DNA of 64,000 nucleotides from Bacteroidales bacterium (GCA_029932855.1 JAOZPG010000001.1:83404-147403), one strand, 5' to 3'; positions 27,553 to 37,392 are shown, numbered from the stretch's first letter. Notes: generated from the sequence alone by a model not told the origin. Made by a program: numbers and translations.

Positions 27553-30500
27553 ATGGAAAAAACAAAGGAATTATTAAACTTATTAAAAAAGGAAAATATT
27601 AATACCTGGTTTGATCTGGGTTTATTTATTGATAGGTTTAAAGAAAATAGCAAAACAACAACAACATATAGTACTAATTATTCAGGCTTTAAAGATATTC
27701 TGAAAAAATCGGGGATTGCATTTTTGACCTTTGGTTATTCTGTAGACGGAGTTACAATAGAAATATTAAAATATGCAAAAATATTCAGAAAAGAATTTAC
27801 AGGAACCAATATTCATTTAATAGGCGGGCATTTCAATCCGGAATCGCATAAGCTTATAGATAAAGAATATAAAAAACATGAAATAAAAGAAGCAAGTGCT
27901 TTTGATGACTGGAGGCTTTATAAAAAATTCTATTTTACAAAACTAGAAAGAGGAAGCAAGGAATATAATCAGCTTATACTTGACTATTGGAGCGAGGTAC
28001 TTGTACTGGTTGAAAAACTGGGTTATTATATTGAAAAAGAAAATATAAAATTATTATATCTGGTAAATATTGCTTCCAACCCGGGCAACGTATCCCTTAC
28101 ACTTGCCACCATACTGATCTCAGAAGTATTTGGAATTCCAGTAATAAATAATAACCATGATTTTTACTGGGAAGGAGGAAACAGTGAAATAAACAGGATA
28201 AGTAAAAACATTGCTCCCGGACCAAGGGATTTTTTCTTTACTAATTCCCATCTTGGAGAATTCTTTTCTCTTCTAGAGGTTTTATTTCCCTGGGAATCCA
28301 GATCGTGGTTAAATGTTAATATAAATAAAGAACAAATTAATTATCTGATCCAGACTAAAGGACATAATCCGGCTAATGTATGTGAAATAGGAACAGCTGT
28401 GGACATGGATGATTACAAATTTGTTAGTAAAAGAAATAAGATAAATACATTTTACCAGTTTGAAAAGATCCTGAGCAGATATAAAGAAACCCTTATTGCA
28501 TATTCTGCCAGGGATGTAATAGATAACAAGCTAATTGAAGTCTCAAACACAAAACCAATTTTAATTGCCTATAATAACACAAGACCATTAAAAAATTTCC
28601 TGGCCGAGAATATAATATTTCTTCAACCAACAAGGATAATTGGTAGAAAAAGAATTGAAACAGGATTCCGGCTGGTGGAAAGGCTCTTTTCATCTGAAAA
28701 ATTCAGATCTAAATTTAATGAGACCGAAACCCTGAAACTTACGATACTGGTTACCGGCCCGATTGCCACAGGACATTATAAATATTTAGAAAAACTTATA
28801 AGGCGTTTTAGTTTGCTTGTAAAAAGCCTGGATGATAATATAAGGAAAAAAATATTCCTGGCATTTATTTTTAGTGAACTTGACAAGGAATCTTTTAAAG
28901 ACAGATTTGATGATCCTGTTAGTATTACAGATCTGTATAAAATTTCTTCTCTGGTGTTACTTCCAAGCGAAACAGAGGGGAGGGGTTTACCAATAATCGA
29001 ATCTGCCGCAGGTGGTGTTCCCATATTTTGCAGGAGATACTATCCCGAACATGTATATTCACACGTAATAGGAGAACATTTACCGGAAGAGGACAGGTTG
29101 AGGGTAATAGAATATGACGGAAAGAAAATTCGTAAGGAACAACTTGAAGAAATAACCAAACTTGTATTTTATCCTCACCATTATGGTGAATATTTTAAAC
29201 ATAACCAGAATGTGGTTAAAAAAAGATACAGCCTTGAATCGCTTAATGAGAACATTAAAGGATTATGTTATAAATTATATCTTCAACAGAAATCGTCAGA
29301 TAAAATCAGGGATTTAACAAACAGGGAACTCAAAAATTATATTAAAAAAATAAATAATCCCGATGAGATTTTTAAGGAATTGATAGACATAAGAAACAGG
29401 CAATATTTACCAGGGTTTGGAAAGATGGAATTTATGTTAAATCTTAAATCTCTTATTGATCCTAGTGCTTTTCGTGCCGAAGAACAGACAAACAGGGGAA
29501 TGATATTTGCTTTTGCACGGGAAATACTGGAGAATGATCAGGACAGGGAGTTTTATAACGAAAAAAAAGTCACAGATTTTTATAATGCAGTAGATGAGAT
29601 ATTTAATATCTCAGACGGGGAATTCAACATACAGCATGATCATTCGTTTGCCTACAGACACAGGAATAAGAGACGATTTCCTTACAGGCAGCTTACTTAC
29701 CAGGAACTTACAGGATTGGTAAATATGCTTTATTATAAAATCCTTAATCCATGCTCCTTACATCCCGTTGATTCAGGAATACATTTTTTTACAGATTGGA
29801 ACCTGGCACTTTCGCAGTTAACAGCAAGTAATGAGCTTCTAATAGACGATAGGGAAATCCTGATAAGAAAAATGAAAGACAATATCGTTCTGGGAATATT
29901 TTCAGGTAAATATGTTAAACACGAACTTGAGTTTTTTGTATTGCAGGCAATACGTTCAAGATATAAGTTAAAATTACAGGAAGAATTGACAGAAAAAATA
30001 TTGCTGGAGAAAAAGAAAGACAAAAAACCAATTTATCTGTTTATAAGAGAAAAATCAGTTATTGGAGCTTCACCTGCCGGGGAGGTTATAAATTTTATTA
30101 AAAACGGAGATGACAAAGAACTTAAACTGATACTAAAACATGGTTTATTAAGAATAATAAAAACCAAACAATATTGTGTGGGAATACATTTTGCTTTAAG
30201 TGGCAGAGAAGCACTTAAGGCCTTGAAGGAAATCAAAGAACAGAACGGCCTTATTATTTCTCATCACAGGAATGCGGCTGTAATGACTGATATTATTGAT
30301 ATTGACAGGATACACATTGATAGGGTTGAAGATCCTATAACATCAAATATTATGGGAATTCCTGAAGGATCAGGCTACATACAATTTGTACCTGCCGGTA
30401 TACGAACCACATTAGCTTATCCGACACCTGTACAAACGGCACTTGATTTTCATAATGCCATGAAAAGCAAGGAATTTAAAAAGTTGAAAAAGAAACTGGG

Positions 30501-31737
30501 TGAAAAAGAACTTTTCAGAAAAATACGGGAAGATGCCATAAAGCAAGGAAGACCTATAAATAAATTACTAAATGAATTACTCAGCAAAGAATCGAAAAGA
30601 AAAGAAACAATTTTTAAATCATTTATTAGCGGGGTATATGAAGATGGTTTACCCTGGAGTGGAGCATATATAAAAACAAAAAACTTAGACAAATCAAAAA
30701 AATGGAAATTTATTGCACAAACAAGCTCAACTAAAACAAAAACCGTATCGGAATTTGTAAATGATTATGAAAAGAAAACAAATCAAAAAGTAGAATTTGC
30801 GTGGAACGGAGGTTATATACTAAATCCAGAATTAGTTGGAAAACTAGGACTTCCTGAATCATATATCGGATCACCCCTGGGACTGTTAATATCAGACGGT
30901 AAACTAGAGTGTCCGCCATTATTTAATAAACCAGCATTACTGGTTCATCAGGATGGAACAATTATAATAAAAAGAGTTAATTCAGCTGCGGGATTTAGTA
31001 TTAAAAACGGGAATGAAGAAATAAAATTTACTGCCGAACAATACAATATTACTAAGCCGGAAAAACAAAAATATTGTTATTATGATTTATTATACGACAA
31101 AGATTTTTTCAATGCTAAAAACAGGATAATAGTAAGACTTGCCGGAAACAGGGTTATGGAAGTTATTGATTTTACCAGAAATAAATTAAAAAATTATAAA
31201 GTTAAAAGTATTCCTGTCGGCTTAACTTTATCTTTTCATCCGGATAGTTTTCCTAAAGATCTTTTTCAGGAAAACAAAAAGCTTGATATTTTATTAAATG
31301 GTTTTGAAACAATACAATATGCAGTAGAAGCGGGACCCCTGCTTATAAAAGAGGGAAGTATAAATATTGATATGGAAAAAGAAGGCTGGAAAAGTAGTAA
31401 TTCGATCAAGACACAGGCAGCACGACTAGATTATACAAACATGAGGGGACCTAAAATAGCAGCAGGAACAGATAAAAATAAAAACCTAATAATTCTTACG
31501 ATTAACGGCCGGATAAGAGAATCGGTTGGTGCTACTCATAAAGATATGGCAAAGATATTACAACAACTGGGTGCTATTGAAGGAATGGGTTTCGATCCAG
31601 GGGGCAGCTCTACACTTTTTTCAGATAATGAAGTTTTAAACATATCTCCTTATAATAGCAGATACGAAGAAAATATATATTCTCTTTCTCCTGAGCCAAG
31701 AGCAGTGGCCAATGCTGTTTTGGGCATATATGAATAA
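27553..31737 (+). CDS. 1394-aa multidomain protein: N-terminal GT-B (GT4-like) glycosyltransferase module, unknown central region, C-terminal NAGPA-type phosphodiester glycosidase module
   Basis: A single uninterrupted ORF. EX7E motif ETEGRGLPIIE at aa 475-483 (nt 28975-29001). C-terminal blocks AWNGGYIL, SPLGLLISDGK, VEAGPLLIKEG, LTINGRIRESVGATHKDMAKILQQLGAIEGMGFDPGGSSTLF and PRAVANAVLGIY. The N-terminus is hydrophilic with no signal peptide. Confidence 0.8.
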   Translation: MEKTKELLNLLKKENINTWFDLGLFIDRFKENSKTTTTYSTNYSGFKDILKKSGIAFLTFGYSVDGVTIEILKYAKIFRKEFTGTNIHLIGGHFNPESHKLIDKEYKKHEIKEASAFDDWRLYKKFYFTKLERGSKEYNQLILDYWSEVLVLVEKLGYYIEKENIKLLYLVNIASNPGNVSLTLATILISEVFGIPVINNNHDFYWEGGNSEINRISKNIAPGPRDFFFTNSHLGEFFSLLEVLFPWESRSWLNVNINKEQINYLIQTKGHNPANVCEIGTAVDMDDYKFVSKRNKINTFYQFEKILSRYKETLIAYSARDVIDNKLIEVSNTKPILIAYNNTRPLKNFLAENIIFLQPTRIIGRKRIETGFRLVERLFSSEKFRSKFNETETLKLTILVTGPIATGHYKYLEKLIRRFSLLVKSLDDNIRKKIFLAFIFSELDKESFKDRFDDPVSITDLYKISSLVLLPSETEGRGLPIIESAAGGVPIFCRRYYPEHVYSHVIGEHLPEEDRLRVIEYDGKKIRKEQLEEITKLVFYPHHYGEYFKHNQNVVKKRYSLESLNENIKGLCYKLYLQQKSSDKIRDLTNRELKNYIKKINNPDEIFKELIDIRNRQYLPGFGKMEFMLNLKSLIDPSAFRAEEQTNRGMIFAFAREILENDQDREFYNEKKVTDFYNAVDEIFNISDGEFNIQHDHSFAYRHRNKRRFPYRQLTYQELTGLVNMLYYKILNPCSLHPVDSGIHFFTDWNLALSQLTASNELLIDDREILIRKMKDNIVLGIFSGKYVKHELEFFVLQAIRSRYKLKLQEELTEKILLEKKKDKKPIYLFIREKSVIGASPAGEVINFIKNGDDKELKLILKHGLLRIIKTKQYCVGIHFALSGREALKALKEIKEQNGLIISHHRNAAVMTDIIDIDRIHIDRVEDPITSNIMGIPEGSGYIQFVPAGIRTTLAYPTPVQTALDFHNAMKSKEFKKLKKKLGEKELFRKIREDAIKQGRPINKLLNELLSKESKRKETIFKSFISGVYEDGLPWSGAYIKTKNLDKSKKWKFIAQTSSTKTKTVSEFVNDYEKKTNQKVEFAWNGGYILNPELVGKLGLPESYIGSPLGLLISDGKLECPPLFNKPALLVHQDGTIIIKRVNSAAGFSIKNGNEEIKFTAEQYNITKPEKQKYCYYDLLYDKDFFNAKNRIIVRLAGNRVMEVIDFTRNKLKNYKVKSIPVGLTLSFHPDSFPKDLFQENKKLDILLNGFETIQYAVEAGPLLIKEGSINIDMEKEGWKSSNSIKTQAARLDYTNMRGPKIAAGTDKNKNLIILTINGRIRESVGATHKDMAKILQQLGAIEGMGFDPGGSSTLFSDNEVLNISPYNSRYEENIYSLSPEPRAVANAVLGIYE

Positions 31738-31769
31738 GGTAGTGTTTAAGAAATGATCATATAATTTAA

Positions 31770-32897
31770 ATGGCAGGCATATATATTCATATTCCATTTT
31801 GCAGAACTATCTGTTCATATTGTGACTTTTTTAAGTCAGCATCTCTTGCACAGAAAGCTGATATGATAAATGCACTTAAAAAAGAAATAAAACTCCGGAA
31901 GGCCTATCTTGATAACAAAGAAATTGAAACAATATATTTTGGGGGCGGAACACCTTCCGTGATGAATATAGCGGAGATAAGTTTATTAATAAATGAAATA
32001 AACAAATATTATAAACTGATTGATAATGTAGAAATAAGCTTTGAAGCAAACCCGGATGATCTTGATAAGCATTATCTTAATGATCTTTTTTCTACAGGAA
32101 TAAACAGATTAAGCATAGGTTGCCAGTCTTTTAATGATAATGAGCTTAGGCTGCTTGAACGCAGACATGATGGCAGACAGGCAATAAATTCTGTTTATAA
32201 TGCTGCCGGAGCCGGATTTAAAAATATAAATATTGATTTAATATATGGAATACCCGGAGAAAATATCTGGACAAACACACTGAAAAAAGTAACAGACATG
32301 CCAATACAACATATTTCGGCATATCATCTGACGGTTGAGAGAAAAACAAAATTATTTTTGTTAAGGGAAAAAGGTCAGTTTAAAGAAATTAATGAATCTG
32401 TCAGTGCCGCCCAGTTTGAAGAATTGTTGCATTTTGCAGAAGAAAATGCTTTTATTCAGTACGAGATCTCAAATTTTGGGAAAGAAAATTTCTTTTCCAG
32501 ACATAACAGTAATTATTGGAAACAGGTTAAGTATCTGGGAATAGGACCATCTGCCCATTCTTTTGATGCCAATTCAAGACAATGGAATGTTTCTAATAAC
32601 AAAAAATATATTGAAGAAATAAACAAGGGGATTATTCCTTCTGAAAAAGAAATATTAAGTCCTCTTGATAAATATAATGATTACATAATGTTATCATTAC
32701 GTACAATGTGGGGAATTGACCTGGATTATATTGAAAACGAACTTTCTAAAGAACTGAAAGATTATTGTTTAAATAACGCCGGGAAATATATAGATTATGG
32801 AATGTTAATAAGAGAGAAAGAAAATATTATTTTAACAAATCAGGGTAAATTCGTATCCGACAATATCATATCTGATATAATGTATAGTAATGAATAA
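31770..32897 (+). CDS. hemW: radical SAM family heme chaperone HemW
   Basis: 375 aa. Radical SAM cluster motif HIPFCRTICSYCDF, then GGGTPS and a HemN_C-like C-terminal domain. It has only the one cysteine cluster. Confidence 0.88.
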   Translation: MAGIYIHIPFCRTICSYCDFFKSASLAQKADMINALKKEIKLRKAYLDNKEIETIYFGGGTPSVMNIAEISLLINEINKYYKLIDNVEISFEANPDDLDKHYLNDLFSTGINRLSIGCQSFNDNELRLLERRHDGRQAINSVYNAAGAGFKNINIDLIYGIPGENIWTNTLKKVTDMPIQHISAYHLTVERKTKLFLLREKGQFKEINESVSAAQFEELLHFAEENAFIQYEISNFGKENFFSRHNSNYWKQVKYLGIGPSAHSFDANSRQWNVSNNKKYIEEINKGIIPSEKEILSPLDKYNDYIMLSLRTMWGIDLDYIENELSKELKDYCLNNAGKYIDYGMLIREKENIILTNQGKFVSDNIISDIMYSNE

Positions 32898-32902
32898 TTA
32901 CT

Positions 32903-34189
32903 CTATAAATTTTTTGCTACAGTAATAAGTTCTTCCAGTTTTTCCTGTAAGGTGTCGTATGAAAAATATTTTTTCCCAAGTACAAAATTGTATTCTGCAA
33001 TTTCCCGATTTAACTTTTTGTTAAGAATAATTTCCCGCATATCCTCAACAGCCCTATTATTAAGATTATTTTTTTCAAGCATTACGGTTTTAAATCCCTT
33101 ACTGCCAATATCGGGCCAGTAAACCGGTTCGTAATTATTTACAAATATTGGCACTTTTGCAAGGACAGATTCAACAAAAGCATTGCCAAAACCCTCATAC
33201 ATACTGAAATAAGTAGTTGCCACGGAATGGGCGTAAGCGTCTGATAAAGAATAATTCCTGTCGGAATTATGTCCCGTAAGTCCCTTTTTATGTATTAGAT
33301 GCGAAGCAAAGATCACCTTTTTCATTAGTTTTAGTTCATGTATCTGGTTAATCAGTTTATTATAATAAATACTACCCTCATCATCTTTATAATCGCCGGT
33401 AACTACCAGTTTTATTCTGTCATCATCAAGTCTGTGAACAAGGTCAATTGCCACCTCAATACCTTTTCGTTCAACTATCCTGGTTACCTGAAAAAGTAAT
33501 TTATCATTTTCATTCAGACCAAGATCACGCTTAAGAAATTTATTGTTTTCTGATAATTGTCCGAATTCGATATCAAAATCCATTACATTGGGGACCACTA
33601 TAGAATTTCTGTTGAACTTTTTCTTAAGGGTTTTTTGAGCATTAAGATTAATAACAGCATGAAATGAATTTGATAATCTAAGGGGAAAATACCTGGCAAC
33701 CATTTTATTGATATCCTTATGTGGGGAAACATACCTGTCACCCCTTTCCCAGGCAAAATCATGATCATGGGTAATAATGGGAATATCAAGTTTTTTAACA
33801 GCCATATAAATTCCCTTTCCCATTTCCAAATGGGAGGGAAGAGCCGAAGCGTTTTCAGATATCAGTAGTTCCAGTTTCTTTTCAGAAACCCATTTGATAA
33901 TCTTATCCGAGATGATAGCTGAATACATATCAAGGTGCTCGTTCAGCTCCTCAACATTAGTGTCGGGGTGGAAAAAAGCTTTTTTTTGGCTCCAGAAACT
34001 TTCAGGAGAAAAGAAAGACATTTCTACAACCAGGGAGTCATGACTGGGGTCTGTCTTCCATTCCTGGAACTGTCCTGACAGAATAAAAATCTCGTGTCCC
34101 ATTTTTTTAAGAACGCTTATCCATTTTTCAGCTTCAAGGGCTACTCCGTCAACGCCCCCAATACGACCAATGATAAAACCTATTTTCAC
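32903..34189 (-). CDS. GT-B (GT4-like) glycosyltransferase, paralog of the N-terminal module of the 1394-aa protein
   Basis: 428 aa with EX7E motif YEGFGNAFVES. It shares the blocks GGVDGVALEAEKW and ITHDHDFAWERG with the giant protein (YSVDGVTIEILKY and INNNHDFYWEGG). Confidence 0.8.
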   Translation of the reverse strand: MKIGFIIGRIGGVDGVALEAEKWISVLKKMGHEIFILSGQFQEWKTDPSHDSLVVEMSFFSPESFWSQKKAFFHPDTNVEELNEHLDMYSAIISDKIIKWVSEKKLELLISENASALPSHLEMGKGIYMAVKKLDIPIITHDHDFAWERGDRYVSPHKDINKMVARYFPLRLSNSFHAVINLNAQKTLKKKFNRNSIVVPNVMDFDIEFGQLSENNKFLKRDLGLNENDKLLFQVTRIVERKGIEVAIDLVHRLDDDRIKLVVTGDYKDDEGSIYYNKLINQIHELKLMKKVIFASHLIHKKGLTGHNSDRNYSLSDAYAHSVATTYFSMYEGFGNAFVESVLAKVPIFVNNYEPVYWPDIGSKGFKTVMLEKNNLNNRAVEDMREIILNKKLNREIAEYNFVLGKKYFSYDTLQEKLEELITVAKNL

Positions 34190-34409
34190 TTGTTGATTTT
34201 TAAATTATTTGATAATAAATTAAGTAAAAATATTTTAAACCCTGCTAATTACTTGTTACAGGTATTATCGGGTTGAAAAACCTAATCATATCTTTTTATT
34301 AAATAATTGTCAGAATATCTTAGTTCTACCAGGTTCACGGGTCCTATTAATATTTGTTGCTTGTGAAATTAGCAAGTTCTATATTAACATATAAGTTATG
34401 AAAAAAGAT

Positions 34410-35327
34410 TTAATTAAGACTAAATGAAGAATTTCCGATAATATAACCGTCAAGATAAAGCTCTACAGAATAATTTCCCGGAATCAACATGCCATTATTA
34501 GTCCAGTAAATACACATATCAATATCCTGGTTCATGTATTCAACCATTCTTTTTGCAGAGTAAACCAGCTGTTTGTCAGAGTATTCAAATAAATTTTCAA
34601 AAGATGAACTAAGAACAATATCATCAGGACGAATGATACGCAGGAACACTTCTTTTTCTCCGGGTTCGGTTATGGGGTTTTCCCTAAGGCTAAAGCATAT
34701 CCTTATCTTCTCAATTTTAGAGATCTTGAATTTTTCCTTTCCTTTCGAATTAATAGGAACAGACAGGATATTTTTGGCCTGTAATACAGATGCTAATTCA
34801 ACTTTCGAGCCAAGTTCCTCCTTAATTTTTGACAGCTCCTCATTTGTATCCTTAACATCCTTAAGCTGGGATTTTACACTTTTATTTTCTGCAACTAATT
34901 CAACATTCCTGGTATTTAAAGAATCTATCTGCCTTATATAGCTTTTCATTACATTCCTCAGTGTTCTCAATTCTTTTTTATATAATCTTATCTTTTGAGC
35001 GTTTGAAGCCTGTACATTTAATAAACCCTGTATTCTGCCCTGCTGTACACCTATTTCAATATTTAAACTATCATTATTGGTCTTAAGGGTATCATACTGA
35101 TACATTAATCCCGATAGTTCATTAACCAGGGAATCTTTTTCAGCCGTTAACACTTCTTCCATTTCCACCATTTCAGATTTCTGGTTAAGGTGAATATAAA
35201 CAAGTCCGGCAAGAAGGATACTGAGCAGTACTATAACAACAGATAATATGGTAGTCTTTTTGTTGTTTCCAGGATTGCTGTTTAAAGCATCTGACCCGGA
35301 CAGGTCGCCTGTATTTGTGTTGTTCAT
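34410..35327 (-). CDS. membrane-anchored coiled-coil protein, unknown function
   Basis: I prefer the start at MNNTNTGDLSG (ATG at 35327), because the longer track ORF would overlap 119 nt of gpmA. It has one TM helix (ILSVVIVLLSILLAGLVYI), about 170 aa of coiled coil and a C-terminal domain that looks beta-rich. Confidence 0.68.
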   Translation of the reverse strand: MNNTNTGDLSGSDALNSNPGNNKKTTILSVVIVLLSILLAGLVYIHLNQKSEMVEMEEVLTAEKDSLVNELSGLMYQYDTLKTNNDSLNIEIGVQQGRIQGLLNVQASNAQKIRLYKKELRTLRNVMKSYIRQIDSLNTRNVELVAENKSVKSQLKDVKDTNEELSKIKEELGSKVELASVLQAKNILSVPINSKGKEKFKISKIEKIRICFSLRENPITEPGEKEVFLRIIRPDDIVLSSSFENLFEYSDKQLVYSAKRMVEYMNQDIDMCIYWTNNGMLIPGNYSVELYLDGYIIGNSSFSLN

Positions 35328-35328
35328 A

Positions 35329-36087
35329 TTACTTATTTGTTTTTTTAGCTTTACCCTGACCGGCAACAGCATCCATAGCTTTTTTAACTTTTTCCGGATC
35401 ACCCAGATAATAACTGTCTGTGGATTTAAGATTATTGTCCAGTTCATAAACCAGCGGAAGGCCGGTAGGTATGTTTATTTTAAGAATTTCTTTGTCTGAG
35501 ATATTATCTAAATGTTTAACAAGGGCTCTGAGGCTATTACCATGAGCTGCAATAATTATACTTTTCCCATCTTTAATTGCAGGAACAATTTCTTTATCCC
35601 AATAAGGCAGAAAGCGTTCAACGGTATCTTTAAGGCACTCTGTAAAAGGAAGATCTTTGGGATTTACATCTTTATAAGCAGGGTCATTCCCGGGGTAGCG
35701 TTCATCGTTTTTTTCCAGAGCCGGTGGCTGAATGTCATAGCTTCTGCGCCAGATCAATACTTGTTCTTCTCCGTGTATAGCAGCCGTTTCGGCTTTATTA
35801 AGTCCCTGAAGCGCCCCATAGTGCCTTTCGTTAAGCCTCCATGATCTTTTTATAGGAATAGCAGTAAGTCCCATTTCTTTAAGTGCCAGCTCAAGAGTTT
35901 TATTAGCCCTTAATAATACAGAGGTAAATGCAAGATCAAATTCAAAACCATTTTCTTTTAACACTTTTCCTGCTTCTACAGCTTCATCAACACCCTTTTT
36001 TGTAAGATCGACATCCGTCCAGCCGGTAAATCTGTTTTCTTTATTCCATAAACTTTCTCCGTGTCTGAGCAATACTATTTTATACAT
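35329..36087 (-). CDS. gpmA: 2,3-bisphosphoglycerate-dependent phosphoglycerate mutase
   Basis: 252 aa. Catalytic block [23 protein letters not shown], plus ERHYGALQG and [10 protein letters not shown]. Confidence 0.93.
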   Translation of the reverse strand: MYKIVLLRHGESLWNKENRFTGWTDVDLTKKGVDEAVEAGKVLKENGFEFDLAFTSVLLRANKTLELALKEMGLTAIPIKRSWRLNERHYGALQGLNKAETAAIHGEEQVLIWRRSYDIQPPALEKNDERYPGNDPAYKDVNPKDLPFTECLKDTVERFLPYWDKEIVPAIKDGKSIIIAAHGNSLRALVKHLDNISDKEILKINIPTGLPLVYELDNNLKSTDSYYLGDPEKVKKAMDAVAGQGKAKKTNK

Positions 36088-36329
36088 TTAGAACGATATT
36101 TATTAAAAATACTTTATTTCATTGACAAAGATAAAATAAATATCAGCGGCTTTATTTATTTAATTTGTTCAAGCCCTTCAATTGCCGATGCTCCTCCCGG
36201 CGTATGTAATAGTGCTTTTTGAAATAATATTTTTGTCTCCCTGGTGCGACGAAGCCTGTAATTGGTCCACATTACGGCAGAATACAACACAAAGCAAGTA
36301 TTTCCCTACTCGTTAAACCTAAACGGAAA

Positions 36330-37133
36330 TTACTGCTCTGCCGCTTTAAGACTTTTTCCAAGACTGAAAAACAAAATCAATAATCCTGCAAATATCAGCG
36401 GAAGACTTAGCCACTGTCCCATATTTAGAGTCATATTGTTTTCGAAGCCAACCTGGGGCTCTTTTATGAATTCAATAATAAACCTTGCTGAAAATACCAG
36501 TATAAGGAAGAGACTAAAAAGCAGACCCTTTGCGGGTTTCCCCTTATTTTTCATATAGGCCAGGTATAAAATGATGAATATCACCAGATAAGATAAACCT
36601 TCATATATCTGTGTTGGATGTTTGGGCATCATCTCTCCGTTTCTTTCAAAGATAAATCCCCAGGGCAGGCTTGTTTGAATACCATATATCTCGGAATTCA
36701 TGAGATTGCCCATTCGTATCAGGAAGCCTGCAAGAGCAACAACCACTGCCAGGCGGTCCACCGTCCACAGAAAGTCTCTTTTTTCTTTATATGAAAAATA
36801 CCAGATTGATAATAAAATGCCTATTGCAGCACCATGACTAGCCAGCCCGCCATGCCAGATTTTAATGATTTCAAGAGGATTATTTAAATAATAATCCGGT
36901 TCATAAAACAGGCAATGTCCCAGCCTGGCACCTATAATTGTACCAAGAGCAGTATAAATAGTTAATTTATCCAAAACTTCTTCCGGTACTTTTTCCAGTT
37001 TAAAAAACTTTGTAAGTATGATATAACCAAAAAAGAAACCTGAAGCAAAAAGCAAACCATACCAACGAATCTCATGGTTGCCAATACTAAAAATAGTTGG
37101 ATTAATATTCCAGTGAATAAAGCTTTCTATCAT
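36330..37133 (-). CDS. lgt: prolipoprotein diacylglyceryl transferase
   Basis: 267 aa polytopic membrane protein. Blocks IRWYGLLFASGF, WHGGLASHGAAIG and HPTQIYEGL. Confidence 0.92.
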   Translation of the reverse strand: MIESFIHWNINPTIFSIGNHEIRWYGLLFASGFFFGYIILTKFFKLEKVPEEVLDKLTIYTALGTIIGARLGHCLFYEPDYYLNNPLEIIKIWHGGLASHGAAIGILLSIWYFSYKEKRDFLWTVDRLAVVVALAGFLIRMGNLMNSEIYGIQTSLPWGFIFERNGEMMPKHPTQIYEGLSYLVIFIILYLAYMKNKGKPAKGLLFSLFLILVFSARFIIEFIKEPQVGFENNMTLNMGQWLSLPLIFAGLLILFFSLGKSLKAAEQ

Positions 37134-37336
37134 TTTAGTACTTTATTTAATATTTTAGCAAACCTACAAAAAGTTTATTTATCACGCTAATAAGCTTAGA
37201 ATAAACGGTTCTCCATTATTTATTCGGAATCCAGGGGGTTAATAAAAAACAGATGTAAGCGGTTATACAAAATTTCAGATTTTCGATTAGTATACTACCA
37301 AATGAATATAAAATATTATGCTACTGAAAACAGCAA

Positions 37337-37368
37337 TTTGCCTATTGCTGATTCTGGATATATATTTG
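37337..37368 (+). promoter_or_regulatory. Bacteroidota-type promoter (-33 TTTG / -7 TAnnTTTG)
   Basis: TTTG at 37337-37340 and TAtaTTTG at 37361-37368, separated by a 20-nt spacer. The box ends 24 nt before the ATG at 37393. This matches the published Bacteroides consensus and spacing. Confidence 0.5.
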
Positions 37369-37392
37369 TAACAAAATAATTCATATAATCAC

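Noticed and set aside
31770-32897. The radical SAM gene as the missing anaerobic sulfatase-maturating enzyme for the CxAxR sulfatase.
   Set aside because: It has only the single CxxxCxxC cluster (CRTICSYC) and a HemN_C-type C-terminal domain typical of HemW. The additional cysteine-rich SPASM region expected of anSMEs is absent.
35328-35447. A 40-codon N-terminal extension of the coiled-coil protein ORF (the track lists 34410-35447).
   Set aside because: The extension ([23 protein letters not shown]...) lies entirely antisense-frame inside the well-supported 3' end of gpmA. The internal ATG at 35327 starts 1 nt after the gpmA stop and gives a sensible N-terminus followed by a TM helix.
35329-36087. 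gpmA as a disguised sugar-phosphate phosphatase partnering the nearby glycosyltransferases. Some glucosyl-3-phosphoglycerate phosphatases belong to the same histidine phosphatase superfamily.
   Set aside because: The sequence has the full set of canonical dPGM blocks and the typical length. It is separated from the GT genes by an unrelated coiled-coil gene, so nothing in the sequence supports reassignment.
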